From Pseudomonadota bacterium (GTDB lineage: Archaea; Thermoplasmatota; SW-10-69-26; JACQPN01; JAJPHT01), in contig JAJPHT010000027.1 of the NCBI GenBank assembly GCA_021325135.1, forward strand, positions 32,001 to 96,000: a DNA stretch of 64,000 nucleotides, read 5' to 3'. Positions 1-8,270 of the stretch are shown piece after piece (within the stretch, counting starts at the first letter, position 1; every line of letters begins with the position of its first letter). Both the position numbers and the translations under genes were made by a program. The notes beneath the pieces are model-generated. The model saw only the letters and a list, made by a program, of their open reading frames with translations. It had not been told where the DNA came from and searched no databases.

Positions 1-499
1 GCGGTCGCTGGGCATCCTCAAGGGCAGAAAATACGTTGTCCGGTGATGCTAAAATCTGATCCTGCGTGCCCAGGCTGACGCGGTCTGATTTGCCTTCTGT
101 CAGTTGGCCAGCGCATGCGAGGGCTTCTTGGTGATCGGCCGAGCAAAATCCTCGGGCATTCCCCCGCGGAGAGAGCCATGCAACCGAACTCCTGCATTCT
201 AGATAGTTGGTCTGCCAGAAAAAGTGGCCGTTTTTCGCCGCATGAGCTGTCATGGTGTAAGGAGATTCTATGCGAAATTTGGCGCGCGCTGGGGGGAGGT
301 TTATGCGTTTTTTCACAGCTTTTCTCCGTAACGACTATCATGGAACGGCCCGGTGCAGTTCGTCAGGGCGGAGCGAAACTTTGCCTGAGGTAGACTCCTG
401 CATGCGAGGAACGGCGTACCGGCGGCACTCGGTGGCACGCAGACCGTCGCTTTTCCCATTGCGCGAAATTATTTAGCGCCTTCCGAGTGTGTTACCGTC

Positions 500-2095
500 A
501 TGTCCGTTCCGCTTCCCACACCTGAGCAGATTGCCCAGTTGTCGGGGGTTCTGTGCCTGCTTGCGCTGGGCGGGACGCTCGGCTGGTTCCTGCTCATGCC
601 GGCCGGCCCTCGGTGGAGGCGGGACACGCGGGCAACGCTGGCGGCCGCCACGTTCGCAGTCGTGGTCTTCATCATGGCATGGACCAGCGCCATGAACCTC
701 TTTGGGGACTACTTCACTTCTGCCGCAATCACCTTCCGCAATCTCGCCGAGTACGGCGACCTCGCCATTCCCTTCGCGCTGGCCACCTTCGCCTATGCGT
801 TCCTGCGACCCTACTCTCGCAAGTTTGGGGTCATCGCGGCACTTGCCAGCGTTGTAACCGCGTCCCTTTGGGCATTCAACGCCGCCAATCCCTGTCAGTT
901 TCGCTGCTATCCAGATGCGAATTCGGTCCACTTCGGCTGGATGGATGTCATTTCGTTTGCCGTCCCGCTTTGGTACGCCCTTGTCGCGGACTTCGTTGCG
1001 TATGACGCCTTGAAGGGCGTAAGCGACCGCGCCCGGAAGGCGAGTTTCCTGGTGGCCCTCGCGCTGCTGTTCTACAGCTTCGTCCAGAGCGGCATCCTGC
1101 TCACTAGCATCTTCTCCAATGGACCGCCCAAATTCTTCGTGCTCACCACATGGACGCCCATGTTCTTTGGCGAGGTGCTCGGAGCCCTGGGCGTGCTACC
1201 GGCCATCTACGCACTCGCCTGTCTGGCGCGAACTGCCCACGACCACGTCGACACGATGCTGCATTGGGCGCCCCGCGCCGTTTTCGCCTCCGTGGCGGCG
1301 TATGGATCAGGTCTTTTTCTCGGGGCCATTGTCTGGATCAAGAGCCTGTTCGGCCAAGTCCCTCCCGAGGCCGACCCCGTTTACCTGGGCCTTCTCCTTA
1401 AGGGAATTTGGACCTTCATGGTTCCAGTCGTCGTCGGCTATGCCATTGTCCAGTTCCGTCTCTTCGACCTTACCCAGAGTCAGAAGGCGGTCTTCCGGCG
1501 CGGTCCTGCGGTCGTGCTTGCGGTTGTCGCGATCTTGACGCTCACCTCATTGGTACAACGCTACGCCCGCGTGAACGAGCTCACCCGGTACAGCGCAGTC
1601 CTCATCGCGCTGATTGTTATCGGGGCTTTCGTCTTTGAGCCATTTGTGGAGTTCGTCCGGCGTCTCCCTGTGGCGTTGCAAGTAAGTCTTCTTGGGGCTC
1701 TCATTGCGGGAGGCGCGCTTGAGATTGTGAAGAACGGCACGGCATCCGTCTTGCTGTTCTGCATGGGCATCCTTGTGATGTGGCTCTTTTCGCGAAAGGC
1801 CCATTCATTGGGAGAGGCGTTGGAGGATGGGGACCTGCTCCCGCCGCTGTCGCGTCGTGCGACCATGAGCGACGAGGAGAAAGCCGTCTGGATGGAAGTG
1901 CGGATCTCGGATTGTATGCAACGCGGGGGCTGGAATCCGCAAAACCATGCCCGGTACCGTGCAGAATCGCTGGATTTTGGAGTCCCAGAGCAGACGTACA
2001 ACCGCTTGGTCAACGGCTGTGCTGAAGCATTCGCCAGTCGCGGCGCGAAGACGCAACCGGAGACTTGGACTGAGGAACCTTTGGGGGAGGCGTAA
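500..2095 (+). CDS. Multi-pass membrane protein of unknown function (sensor-like), probable cargo
   Basis: 531-aa ORF with more than 10 hydrophobic segments and a soluble C-terminal tail; codon usage is less GC3-biased than host genes. Confidence 0.75.
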   Translation: MSVPLPTPEQIAQLSGVLCLLALGGTLGWFLLMPAGPRWRRDTRATLAAATFAVVVFIMAWTSAMNLFGDYFTSAAITFRNLAEYGDLAIPFALATFAYAFLRPYSRKFGVIAALASVVTASLWAFNAANPCQFRCYPDANSVHFGWMDVISFAVPLWYALVADFVAYDALKGVSDRARKASFLVALALLFYSFVQSGILLTSIFSNGPPKFFVLTTWTPMFFGEVLGALGVLPAIYALACLARTAHDHVDTMLHWAPRAVFASVAAYGSGLFLGAIVWIKSLFGQVPPEADPVYLGLLLKGIWTFMVPVVVGYAIVQFRLFDLTQSQKAVFRRGPAVVLAVVAILTLTSLVQRYARVNELTRYSAVLIALIVIGAFVFEPFVEFVRRLPVALQVSLLGALIAGGALEIVKNGTASVLLFCMGILVMWLFSRKAHSLGEALEDGDLLPPLSRRATMSDEEKAVWMEVRISDCMQRGGWNPQNHARYRAESLDFGVPEQTYNRLVNGCAEAFASRGAKTQPETWTEEPLGEA

Positions 2096-2101
2096 ACCTT
2101 C

Positions 2102-2422
2102 ATGATGAATTTCACGAGCGGCATTAGCGGACGCCATTCCACGCTTCTGCAAGCGGGCATCGCCGTTGGCCTCATTCTCGTATCCACCCTTCCGGTCTTG
2201 GGTGACACTGCGTCTGGGGTGCCTCCATCGTGCCCCGAAGACCCCACCGCGTGCCACATTGCTCGTGTCACCGTAATCGCAATCGACCCCAACGGCGTCC
2301 CCACCTCATCGCACACGTTCGACATCTCACCCGTGGGCGTCTCGATCACCGTGACGGTCCAACTGAGCGCCCTCTTGGGCAATCCAAGCCATTTTCTCGT
2401 GATTGGCACGTCAATGGAATGA
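2102..2422 (+). CDS. Small secreted protein
   Basis: Hydrophobic N-terminal signal-like segment, 2 Cys, directly downstream of the membrane protein. Confidence 0.5.
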   Translation: MMNFTSGISGRHSTLLQAGIAVGLILVSTLPVLGDTASGVPPSCPEDPTACHIARVTVIAIDPNGVPTSSHTFDISPVGVSITVTVQLSALLGNPSHFLVIGTSME

Positions 2423-2542
2423 AACCAAGATGTCCAGCCCCACGACGGACACGCCCTCCGTGCCCAGCGTGGTGCCCGCCACCGAGGAGCGGTCCAAGCC
2501 CAGCTTCACGGACTCCGGGACCGCGATGGCGCCCGTGACGAT

Positions 2543-2635
2543 CTACGGCTCGCGGTAGGAGCACGCCACGCACGCGGGCCCGCCCGCGGCCCTCATCAGC
2601 GCCGCGCTGCACTCCGGACACGTCACGTCGTCCAC
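2543..2635 (-). CDS. Zinc-ribbon microprotein (30 aa), not in the ORF track
   Basis: GTG start after GAGGGA; translates to (M)DDVTCPECSAALMRAAGGPACVACSYREP, a CPxC-x12-CxxC pattern. Confidence 0.55.
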   Translation of the reverse strand: MDDVTCPECSAALMRAAGGPACVACSYREP

Positions 2636-2775
2636 GTCCCTCAAGACCCTGACACGAGGGACGACTCCGACGCGGAGGGCAGCCCGAAAGGACCCCCCAC
2701 GCTGGAGCGCGCGGTCTTCTACTGGAAGCCTGAAGCCGTGACCCGTTTAACATGGCCCTGTTGGGCAAGGACAAG

Positions 2776-3072
2776 ATGGTGCCGTGGATCATCGTTGGCG
2801 CCCTCGTCGTCAGCGGCGCAGCGTGGGCGCTCGCCAGCGCCGCGGTCCAGATCACGGGCTCCCTCTGCACCGCCTTCATGGAGCCCATCAAGGCCGGCGC
2901 CGCCAACAACGGCTTCGCCGACGCCCTCCTCCTCTTGGTCGCCGGCGACGCTATCGGCGGCGCTGCCGCGACGCTCGCCCTCACCATGGTGGGCCTCGAC
3001 CTCCTCCCCGCGATCCTCAGCGCCGGCGCCCTCGACGCCCTGGCCGACGCGCTGGCCTGGATCGCTTGCTGA
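2776..3072 (+). CDS. Small hydrophobic Ala/Leu/Gly-rich membrane protein, candidate virion membrane/coat protein
   Basis: Strong coding codon bias; TTTAA box at 2746 about 30 nt before ATG 2776 (alternative start 2752); lies next to Rep. Confidence 0.6.
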   Translation: MVPWIIVGALVVSGAAWALASAAVQITGSLCTAFMEPIKAGAANNGFADALLLLVAGDAIGGAAATLALTMVGLDLLPAILSAGALDALADALAWIAC

Positions 3073-3202
3073 CCTCTGGACCTGGCGCCCTGGCGAAGGC
3101 ATCCCGTCTCAAAAGCCGCCTATCTTGACCTCTTTTGAGACGGGCAGGAAAACTCCTGGCAGGGATCGGCGGGGAGGAGCCCTTGGGACCCGGTTGTTCC
3201 CG

Positions 3203-3244
3203 GAATACACTACGCCGTAGTTTACGAAGGCTAGTAGTGTATTC
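3203..3244. repeat. Stem-loop upstream of Rep, candidate rolling-circle origin
   Basis: Perfect 11-bp inverted repeat GAATACACTAC (3203-3213) / GTAGTGTATTC (3234-3244) with inner CGTA-GTT-TACG pairing. Confidence 0.55.
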
Positions 3245-3325
3245 TGAAGAACAATCGGAAGGCCCGAGGAGGCGCCCCTGCCCGCAAGATCACCAGGCCA
3301 AGGGGATCGTGCCCTGCCTTTTCCC

Positions 3326-3360
3326 AAACTTAAATCTCAATCTAATTTTTAAAAAAATAG
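3326..3360 (+). promoter_or_regulatory. AT-rich tract, promoter or unwinding element upstream of Rep
   Basis: AAACTTAAATCTCAATCTAATTTTTAAAAAAATAG in a very GC-rich background. Confidence 0.45.
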
Positions 3361-3434
3361 AGCAGCGACGTGCGCCGCACGACACGCGCCCCGCGCACCG
3401 TCACCATGACGGCGGCCCGCCGCCACTCGCGCCC

Positions 3435-4436
3435 ATGCGCCCACGACACGACGCCAGGCTAGAAAGAAGGCCGCGCAACGCGCTCAGCCGCGCCATGCGC
3501 GAAAACCTCGCCTACTGGCTCGCCCAGGTCCAGAAGTATGTCACCCCCGACCGCCTGGCCCTCGTCCGGACGTACTACCCTCCCATCCTGGCCGCGAAGA
3601 TCATCGCCTGCTGCGAGGCCCAGCTGCGCGGCGACTTCCGCCGCTGCTGCCGCGACCGCTACTGCCCCGCGTGCAGCATGAACGAATCCCGGAAGATCGC
3701 CCGCAAGCAGTACCGCCACTTCGAGGCCTGCACGCCCAAGGGCGCCAAGATGCGCCTCGCCCACGACGTGTTCACCCTCCCGCCCCAGCTCCGGGCCCGC
3801 CTCGTCAGCCTCGCCGGCTGGCACGCCTTCCGCCTCGCGGTCCAGGACACCCTGCGGGAGATCCACGGCGCCGAGGTCGCCGGCGTGATGAACTTCCACG
3901 CCCACGGCGACGAGGACATCCGCCTCTTCCACCCGCATTGGGACGTGGTGACGAACGGCTACCTCCTCCCCGAGACGGGCAAGCCCAAGCAGCACCGCCC
4001 GCCCTTCGTCCACCACGACGACGTGCGCGACGTCTACCGCCGCAACCTCGCGCGCCACTTCGCCCTGGCCGAGCACGAGAAGCCCGAGAAGGTAGACTGG
4101 TGGTGCGACACCAGGAACCACCGCGTCTTCAACCTCCCCTGGAAGATCCGCCACGTCATCCGCTACAGCGCGCGCAACGTCTACCAGCCCCACCTCGCCT
4201 GGTTCGTGGACAACGGCCCCGAAGGCGACTGGTACTACATGCCCAACGAGAAGAAGGGCGAGGTCTGCATCTACGAGGGCGCGGAGGTCATCCGCAACTT
4301 CCAGCGCATCGAGCACATGCTCTACCGCAAGCGCCGCCGCGTCTGGTTCGGCTACATGCAGGACCGCAGCTTCGCCAAGAGCGCCGCGCGCTTCGGCCAG
4401 AAGATCGCGCAGGGCGAGCAGAGCGAGGACGAATGA
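3435..4436 (+). CDS. IS91-like HUH rolling-circle initiator/transposase
   Basis: Zn-binding CCRDRYCPAC, HDVFTLP, FHAHGD..FHPHWD, RYSAR; start 3435 or 3495 (the ORF track begins at 3135 in non-coding-looking DNA). Confidence 0.8.
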   Translation: MRPRHDARLERRPRNALSRAMRENLAYWLAQVQKYVTPDRLALVRTYYPPILAAKIIACCEAQLRGDFRRCCRDRYCPACSMNESRKIARKQYRHFEACTPKGAKMRLAHDVFTLPPQLRARLVSLAGWHAFRLAVQDTLREIHGAEVAGVMNFHAHGDEDIRLFHPHWDVVTNGYLLPETGKPKQHRPPFVHHDDVRDVYRRNLARHFALAEHEKPEKVDWWCDTRNHRVFNLPWKIRHVIRYSARNVYQPHLAWFVDNGPEGDWYYMPNEKKGEVCIYEGAEVIRNFQRIEHMLYRKRRRVWFGYMQDRSFAKSAARFGQKIAQGEQSEDE

Positions 4437-5548
4437 AGCTCCGCGGCAGCGACCAGCTCTCCGCGCTCCTCTCCGGGCGCCTCGACAACGTCACGCCCGA
4501 GGACATGCAGCTCCTCCTCCTCACCCTGGGCGGCGAACTGGCCGACCGCATGGTGGACGCCCACCTCGGAGAAGGCGTCGAGCTGAGCCCCCTTCAGGAG
4601 CTTTACGTCCGCGAGCGCCTGCGCGTCTTCAGCGAAGCCCCCGACACCAGCGACACGATCCGCCTCTTCCGCGCCCTGGAGACCAACATTACCTCCACAG
4701 TGCGCGCGCACCATGCCTGGCGCCACGAAAGGCAAGGCAACGTCGTCTGGCAGTTCAGCGGCGGCACCGGCACCGGCAAGAGCAGCGCCATGCTCGCCCT
4801 CCTGGAGACCTTCAATCGCGTCCAGCCCGACGATCTACGCCGCCACGTCACCATCGACGTGCCCCACCTCCCCCAGCTCCTCCCCCAACTCTCTCGCGGC
4901 AGCGGCGTCGCCGTGGACGAGCAATCCAAGGCGACAGGCGAGGGCTCCGTCACCCAAGAGAAGGTCCTCCAGAATATCGAAGACCAGATTCGCTTCTCAG
5001 AAATCGATATCTATTGGGCCAGCCCCGAAGGCGAGGACCACGCGACCAGCCAAGGAGAGTTCGTCGCCTTCGGCGCCAACCGGCGCGAACGATACACTAG
5101 ATTCCTCGTCTACCTCCACGACCTGCCCCTCGGCTACGCGAATCTCCCCTGGTGCAGCGACGCCATGTGGACCGCCTACCTCCCGATCAAGAAGGAGAAC
5201 GTCGAGCGCGCGCTGCGCGCCGCGTTCAAGGACACCGAATGGCTGGACGAGGTCGTGCGTCGCCTCTTCGACCTGGAGGCCGTCCAGAAGGCGTGCGGCG
5301 TCCGCAAGCTCAAGACGCCCGACTGGCGCCGCGTGCTCAAGCGCCACGCCTCCATGCTCAACGTCAGCCAAATCCAAACCGTCGCCGAAGAAATCGAGTT
5401 CATGCTCGACACGCTGCTCATCAAGCCCAACGACTTCGCCGCCATCTACGGCTGGGACCCCACGCCCAATATGCTCAAGGCCGCCGCGCTCAACGCCAAG
5501 AAGATCACGACCCGCAGAGAGGAACCCCATGACGACGAATCCACTTGA
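4433..5548 (+). CDS. P-loop NTPase (candidate assembly/packaging ATPase)
   Basis: Walker A GGTGTGKS, Walker B VAVDE; ATGA overlap with the Rep stop codon. Confidence 0.8.
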   Translation: MKLRGSDQLSALLSGRLDNVTPEDMQLLLLTLGGELADRMVDAHLGEGVELSPLQELYVRERLRVFSEAPDTSDTIRLFRALETNITSTVRAHHAWRHERQGNVVWQFSGGTGTGKSSAMLALLETFNRVQPDDLRRHVTIDVPHLPQLLPQLSRGSGVAVDEQSKATGEGSVTQEKVLQNIEDQIRFSEIDIYWASPEGEDHATSQGEFVAFGANRRERYTRFLVYLHDLPLGYANLPWCSDAMWTAYLPIKKENVERALRAAFKDTEWLDEVVRRLFDLEAVQKACGVRKLKTPDWRRVLKRHASMLNVSQIQTVAEEIEFMLDTLLIKPNDFAAIYGWDPTPNMLKAAALNAKKITTRREEPHDDEST

Positions 5549-5882
5549 CGCCCCGATCCAGAATAGCCCCGTGCTCCAGCTCGCCGAGAAGGACGACGCG
5601 CTCTACCGCGCGCTGCGCGACACGATGAGCACGGCGCCCGACCCGAACCTCCTGCTATCGAACCTGAACCCCGGTGAGTCCGAGGACGTGGCCTCCATGC
5701 TCGCGTTCTTTCACGGCACCGGCAGCGAACACCTCGTCCGCTGGGGCAATGCTTACCTCCTCGCCCGCCGGGCCGAACGTGGCAACTTCTTCAAACAATT
5801 CATCGCCACCGTCAAAAGCATTGGGCGAGCAGACCATTCCGCAAGGAGCGGAATTTTCGGCTTACGCAGGGGAGGCGCGTGA
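5529..5882 (+). CDS. Hypothetical protein (117 aa)
   Basis: MTTNPLD... with a GAGGA SD; overlaps the ATPase end. Confidence 0.65.
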   Translation: MTTNPLDAPIQNSPVLQLAEKDDALYRALRDTMSTAPDPNLLLSNLNPGESEDVASMLAFFHGTGSEHLVRWGNAYLLARRAERGNFFKQFIATVKSIGRADHSARSGIFGLRRGGA

Positions 5883-5971
5883 GGCGGCGACTACAGTTGA
5901 CGCAACGTGGGTCGTAAGACGGGCAGGGGGAAAGAAAAGGAGGGGCCGCCGTCCGCGGCCCGTTATGCCGA

Positions 5972-6226
5972 TTAGAGGATGTCAGTCAGCCCAGGGCGCT
6001 GGCAGTTGAGAACGGAGATAGTGCATCGGTCGTTGCAGTAGCCCGCGTTGATCGTGCAGCTTCCGTTGCTGTCACAGTAGCCCAGGTTCACCTCGCAGCT
6101 GCCCCGACACGTACCGACGGTGAGGAAGCAGCTGCCGGCGTCAGCGACCGAGGTGAGGCCGCCTGCGATCATGCCGACGCTGGTCAGGAGGAAGCCGGTA
6201 AGGATTGCTTTGGTGATGACGTTCAT
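5972..6226 (-). CDS. Secreted Cys-rich repeat peptide (84 aa, 8 Cys)
   Basis: Signal peptide MNVITKAILTGFLL...ADA followed by four CX6C units. Confidence 0.75.
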   Translation of the reverse strand: MNVITKAILTGFLLTSVGMIAGGLTSVADAGSCFLTVGTCRGSCEVNLGYCDSNGSCTINAGYCNDRCTISVLNCQRPGLTDIL

Positions 6227-6444
6227 TGAGTTACCCTCTCCCGAAGAGAATGGGGTAGCCGTTACAGTTCGCGAGGATGGGAATAACGTATTGGAGTAAA
6301 ACTGTGAACGCGGCATCGAAATTCAGGAGTAACGTTGAACCCTATCCGGGTCGCCGGAGTCCTTTAGCTCATGCACGCCGCGATCATGAGCGGCGGAAGA
6401 GCCGGTTAAGCGCACAGCCCCGGCCTCATTGGGCTCTGGAGGAG

Positions 6445-7161
6445 CTAGCCCCAACCTGCCACAAGACGGTCTCTGAACCGCGGGTCTCCCATCATGTGGT
6501 TCCGAACTGAGTTCAAGAAGTGGTCCGTGTGGTGGATCTTCCGCAACACGTCCAACGACTCCGATCCCGTGAGGCCGACACGTTCTTCGACTTTCCACCG
6601 AGGGTGAAAGTCGGCGATCCAGTTCACGCAATTCAATGTGAAGCTTCCACCCTTGATCGGCGTACTCCAGGGAATGACGTAGAATTCGTCCACAAGCCGA
6701 TCCAGTTCCTTTCCTCGCTTGGCGTTCGCTTCATTGGTCTCCTGTGGCAATCTTCGGAGGATGCCGGGGTCGAGTACGATCCCCGCCCAGTCCTGCGCTT
6801 CCTCGATTTCGTAAGCGCGGTTCATCGCTTTCCCCAAGAAAGTCTCGCCTTCATGAGAGAATTCTCCAGCCGCGATGCCTCCACGCAACGCGAACCCTTG
6901 GCGCAGCGCCGAGCCCATGAGCTTGCTGGAGAACGCGATAATCTGCTCCAGGTTTCCGGCCTCGATACCTTCGGTGTAACCGAGAATCGAGTCGCTAAAC
7001 TGGATCGACTTGCAATTCAGTCCCATCGCCATAAGGCTCGCCTTTCCTCTGAGAACGCGCATTTCCAAGGCCAGAGGCGAAAGGTCCTTGGTTTTCACTA
7101 ATTCGCGGAACCCGAGAATGTCGAAGAAGGCAACGTAGCTGGGCCGCTCGCTGTCTGCCAT
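6445..7161 (-). CDS. Class III nucleotide cyclase-like protein
   Basis: VAFFDILGF, FSDSI, LRGGIAAGE, GKAMNRAYEIE motifs. Confidence 0.7.
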   Translation of the reverse strand: MADSERPSYVAFFDILGFRELVKTKDLSPLALEMRVLRGKASLMAMGLNCKSIQFSDSILGYTEGIEAGNLEQIIAFSSKLMGSALRQGFALRGGIAAGEFSHEGETFLGKAMNRAYEIEEAQDWAGIVLDPGILRRLPQETNEANAKRGKELDRLVDEFYVIPWSTPIKGGSFTLNCVNWIADFHPRWKVEERVGLTGSESLDVLRKIHHTDHFLNSVRNHMMGDPRFRDRLVAGWG

Positions 7162-7388
7162 TATCTCGGAAGCGGTCGACGCGCGGATAAAGGGCAGTCC
7201 TGGCGCGAGGCACCCTGCGCGCCCACGCACCCAACGCGGGCGTAGCAACGACTTCGGGAGTTGCTATCACCGCCGAGACGCACCAGACGCCGCCGCGTTG
7301 GATCGGCGCCCCGCGAAAAGCCTCCACACGCGACACACCTCCTCCGGCAAAACTCGGGGCGCCGGTCCTGCGCGACAGGAAGCCTCCC

Positions 7389-7865
7389 ATGAAGGAAAGC
7401 CTGTCTCGAAGAATCGCGCCGCGCACCCTCCTTGGCCTCCTGGGCCTGGGCCTGGTGCTTGTGGCGATGGGCACGGCGCAGGCCGCGCCCACGGTGAACG
7501 TGAGCAAGACTTTCGGCCTCGAACCCGGCGATTGGGTCCTTGTCCAGGCGACCGGCTTCGCCGCCAACGGCAACATTACGATTGCCATTGACGGCGTGCA
7601 GGCCTACTCGGGCAGGGCCGACGCCAACGGGGCCCTCACGCAGAGTGTCCAGGTTCCCTACACCGCCAAGGCCGGGTACACGAAGCTGACCGTCACGGAC
7701 AACGTCAACAGCGTGGACGTGAGCATCCAGGTCAAGGGCTCGATGGAGAGCTTCGTGGAGACGATGCAGAGCATGACGCCGCTCGCGAAGATCGTGGTGT
7801 CCATCTTCATCATCTTCCTGCCCGTGCTCATCGGCGTGGGCATCTGGCATTGGTGCCGCACCTAA
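7389..7865 (+). CDS. Secreted beta-rich protein with C-terminal membrane anchor
   Basis: Signal peptide ending AQA; C-terminal hydrophobic helix. Confidence 0.8.
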   Translation: MKESLSRRIAPRTLLGLLGLGLVLVAMGTAQAAPTVNVSKTFGLEPGDWVLVQATGFAANGNITIAIDGVQAYSGRADANGALTQSVQVPYTAKAGYTKLTVTDNVNSVDVSIQVKGSMESFVETMQSMTPLAKIVVSIFIIFLPVLIGVGIWHWCRT

Positions 7866-7922
7866 ACGCGCACCCCCTGGGGCCGCAAGGCCCCGCCTCT
7901 CTTCCTCATCCAAGGTGCTCCC

Positions 7923-8270
7923 ATGACCTCCACCCCTTCCGTTCCCAAGAACGCGCAGCTGCGCGGCCTCATCACCATCTGGACGATCCTCGCCACCAGC
8001 GCGAGCCTCGACGTGCTCATGACCCTCCTCGCCGCCACCAGCATCCCCAGCTTCCGCGAGGAGAACGCCATCGCCCGCGCCGCCCTCCACGCCGGCCTCC
8101 TGCCCTTCCTCCTGCTCAAGGCCGCCGGGCTCGCTTTCAGCCTCCTCGCCGCGCTCTACCTCCTGCGCCACGGCTACGCCGCGAAAGTCGAACGCCTCCT
8201 CACCGCCTGGTGCATCCTCTACGGCTCGCTCAACGCCGTGAGCGCCCTCCAGCTCCTCGGAGGCCTCTGA
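7923..8270 (+). CDS. Small membrane protein (DUF5658-like)
   Basis: LDxxxT...E-N...K pattern, three hydrophobic segments. Confidence 0.6.
   Translation: MTSTPSVPKNAQLRGLITIWTILATSASLDVLMTLLAATSIPSFREENAIARAALHAGLLPFLLLKAAGLAFSLLAALYLLRHGYAAKVERLLTAWCILYGSLNAVSALQLLGGL

Noticed and set aside
2776-3072. Circular bacteriocin precursor
   Set aside because: Not cationic and no maturation or transport genes nearby; context favours a structural membrane protein
3671-4432. Long Arg/Pro-rich ORFs and N-terminal extensions in the track (also 27555-31019, 59979-63077, 9446-11437 and similar)
   Set aside because: Shadow frames of high-GC genes; real starts were assigned from SD sites, stop/start coupling and motifs
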